64,000 bases of DNA. Origin: a bacterium. Lineage in GTDB: Bacteria > UBA8248. The stretch is from contig CBDBEV010000001.1 of NCBI GenBank assembly GCA_965204535.1, positions 32,001 through 96,000 of the forward strand. The letters run 5' to 3'. This document shows, in pieces, positions 62,346-64,000 of this stretch (within the stretch, counting starts at the first letter, position 1; every line of letters begins with the position of its first letter). Made by a program: the position numbers and the translations under genes. Below the pieces are notes generated by a model. It was not told the origin of the DNA and made no database searches. It saw only the letters and a program-made list of their open reading frames with translations.

Positions 62346-62670
62346 TTGAAAATCCCTCAATGTCCCGTTTCAGGTAACACCAAGGGGTTGTTTAGGGTTT
62401 CTTGAGAACCCTCTTTCTCGAATGAGCCGTTTTCAGGACCCTCCGGAGAGATGTGTCGTAGGCGGTTACTATCAAGTTTCTTACCATGACAGCCCTCCTC
62501 TTGCTACTTGCGATTTGTACTCTAAAATCGTAGCGAATGACGGTTTCCGTGTCAAGCATTTTTTGTTCTCACAAGCGCCGGAAAATCTCAAGTTCCATAT
62601 ATTTCAACACCTTATCATCAAAATTTTCCAGGCGCCCTTCTCCCTGACTATTCTGCCCTTCACTCTATCT

Positions 62671-63777
62671 CTACGCCTCGATGATGGCGGAGACCACGCC
62701 GCCGCCCACCGGCCCCTGGTGGAAAACGAGGCCAGCCGAGACGTAGACCGCCGGGTCCTGCACCACCGACGCGATGACGGCGTTCGCCACCGCGCGCACG
62801 GGCCGCGTGCCCAGAACCGAATCCGTGAGCAGCGTGACGCGCTTGCCCAGAAGCCTGCCGTCCCAGGGCGCGCCCGCCTTCGCGAATGCGTGCACCACTT
62901 TGTTCAAATCGCCCTGGCTTGGCAGGCCGTCGAAGGCGAGGCCTGCGTTTCTGAGCGCCTGACGGACGGCGTCTGCGTCGATCAGGTTCTGCATCACCGC
63001 CCGGCCGATCTTGTAGCGGCTCACGGATTGTGAGGAATTCGCCAACACGACGACTTCCGAGCGCATGAGTTCCACGCCCGCCGAGCAGGAGATCATCTCC
63101 GAATACAGGTCGCCCCGGCTGCAGACGTCGGTTATCTCGAACGAATCGCGGGGGATCTCCCCGATGCCCACCGCCGCACCCAGGGCCGAGCAGCCGTTCG
63201 ATAGGCTCATCGAGCGCGTGGTGTCCGTGCTCACCACCTTCTTGCCGCGCGAGGCCGCATCGTTGATGCGGTCCGACGTCAGGAGCGGGCACTTCACCTG
63301 CACGTAGCCCACGTCATCCAGCGAATCCACCCCCGCCTTCTCGAGCGCCTCCGCCGCCGCCTCGGCCACGATGTCCACCTGCGCCATCGTGCCCAACTCC
63401 TCGGGCAAAAGCTCACGGGTGAAGGCGACTCCCATGGAGAGGCGCTTCCCCCCAGGGCTTTCGGCGTCGCCCACGTCGGTCTTGGAAAACGCCACCGCGT
63501 GTGGACTCATGACCCCCTCGCATCCGCCCGACATCACCATGGCGCACATGCCCTGCACCTCGTCGCGGGAAAGATCGAGCTTCTCCATCATGTAGTCTTC
63601 GAAGGAATGGAGCGCGTAGGGCCTCGAATAGTCGTTCACCCGGCCGTTGCCCTCGGTCTTGGCGATGATGGCCTGAATGTCCGCCGCCTGAATCCGGCCC
63701 TCCGCCACCGCCGCCGCGAGACCCGAGACGTCCTCGGGTCCCGACATCTGAAACTTCACCACCTGGGTATCAAACAC
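62671..63777 (-). CDS. Ring-opening cyclic amide hydrolase (AtzD/barbiturase family)
   Basis: KTEGNG.VND.SR, MSGG.EGV.SPH, QVKCPLLT, S.SAG.E and HQGP.GGG motifs. Confidence 0.93.
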   Translation of the reverse strand: MFDTQVVKFQMSGPEDVSGLAAAVAEGRIQAADIQAIIAKTEGNGRVNDYSRPYALHSFEDYMMEKLDLSRDEVQGMCAMVMSGGCEGVMSPHAVAFSKTDVGDAESPGGKRLSMGVAFTRELLPEELGTMAQVDIVAEAAAEALEKAGVDSLDDVGYVQVKCPLLTSDRINDAASRGKKVVSTDTTRSMSLSNGCSALGAAVGIGEIPRDSFEITDVCSRGDLYSEMISCSAGVELMRSEVVVLANSSQSVSRYKIGRAVMQNLIDADAVRQALRNAGLAFDGLPSQGDLNKVVHAFAKAGAPWDGRLLGKRVTLLTDSVLGTRPVRAVANAVIASVVQDPAVYVSAGLVFHQGPVGGGVVSAIIEA

Positions 63778-63825
63778 GATTGGGCCTCCTCATTCGTCAA
63801 AAGCGCTCGATGCGCAAGCGCGGTG

Positions 63826-64000
63826 TTATGTTCCCGGAACCATCAGGCCCGCGCGCTCGACGATAGCCGCGGACGCCGCCTGCGCCCCCTCGCGAATCGC
63901 ACGCTCCTCATCTGCCGATATTCTGCTCAAACGCCCCGTCTCCATGAGCGGCTCGCCGTCCACCCAGACCCAGCGCACCTCCGTCCCGTGCGCCTGATAC
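63826..64000 (-). CDS. Amidohydrolase-family protein, C-terminal fragment (window edge)
   Basis: YQAHGTEVRWVWVDGEPLMETG resembles the C-terminal V..V.VDG strand of AtzA/MtaD-type deaminases. Confidence 0.65.
   Translation of the reverse strand, partial: YQAHGTEVRWVWVDGEPLMETGRLSRISADEERAIREGAQAASAAIVERAGLMVPGT

Overview
Bacterial chromosomal window with no rRNA, tRNA or CRISPR array recognised. (1) 1-2.5 kb: 3' end of a hybrid histidine kinase fused to an OmpR-type regulator, a frameshifted Cre-like recombinase remnant and an HTH/excisionase gene. (2) About 2.6-25.4 kb: a block of mostly core genes (tkt, eno, nrdR, rpiB, dksA-like, rsfS, nadD, proB, obgE, rpmA, rplU, hinT, mnmA). Its GC sinks gradually from about 60-68% at the edges to about 40-52% inside, and I found no REP/MITE repeats in it. 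It is bracketed by a diverged, ungapped 130-bp inverted-repeat pair carrying 10-bp tandem repeats, and a perfect parS-type palindrome lies just inside the left copy. This bounded domain is the most unusual signal in the window. (3) 25.8-31 kb: defence-like genes (HExxH protein, type ISP/IIG restriction-modification enzyme, PIN toxin-antitoxin). (4) 31-44 kb: methylamine metabolism, including a GcvT/dimethylglycine-dehydrogenase pair between direct repeats and a variant selenoprotein grdC-A-E-B reductase cluster (two in-frame UGA codons) split by a low-GC PIN cassette. (5) 44-64 kb: GC-rich metabolic genes (multicopper oxidase, PrpD family, leuA with a candidate translational attenuator, rsmD, 2-oxoacid dehydrogenase E1/E2, pepA, barbiturase-like hydrolase), a DnaA-box cluster and many GTAG-type REP and MITE-like repeats. 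All calls come from motif recognition and hand alignment only.
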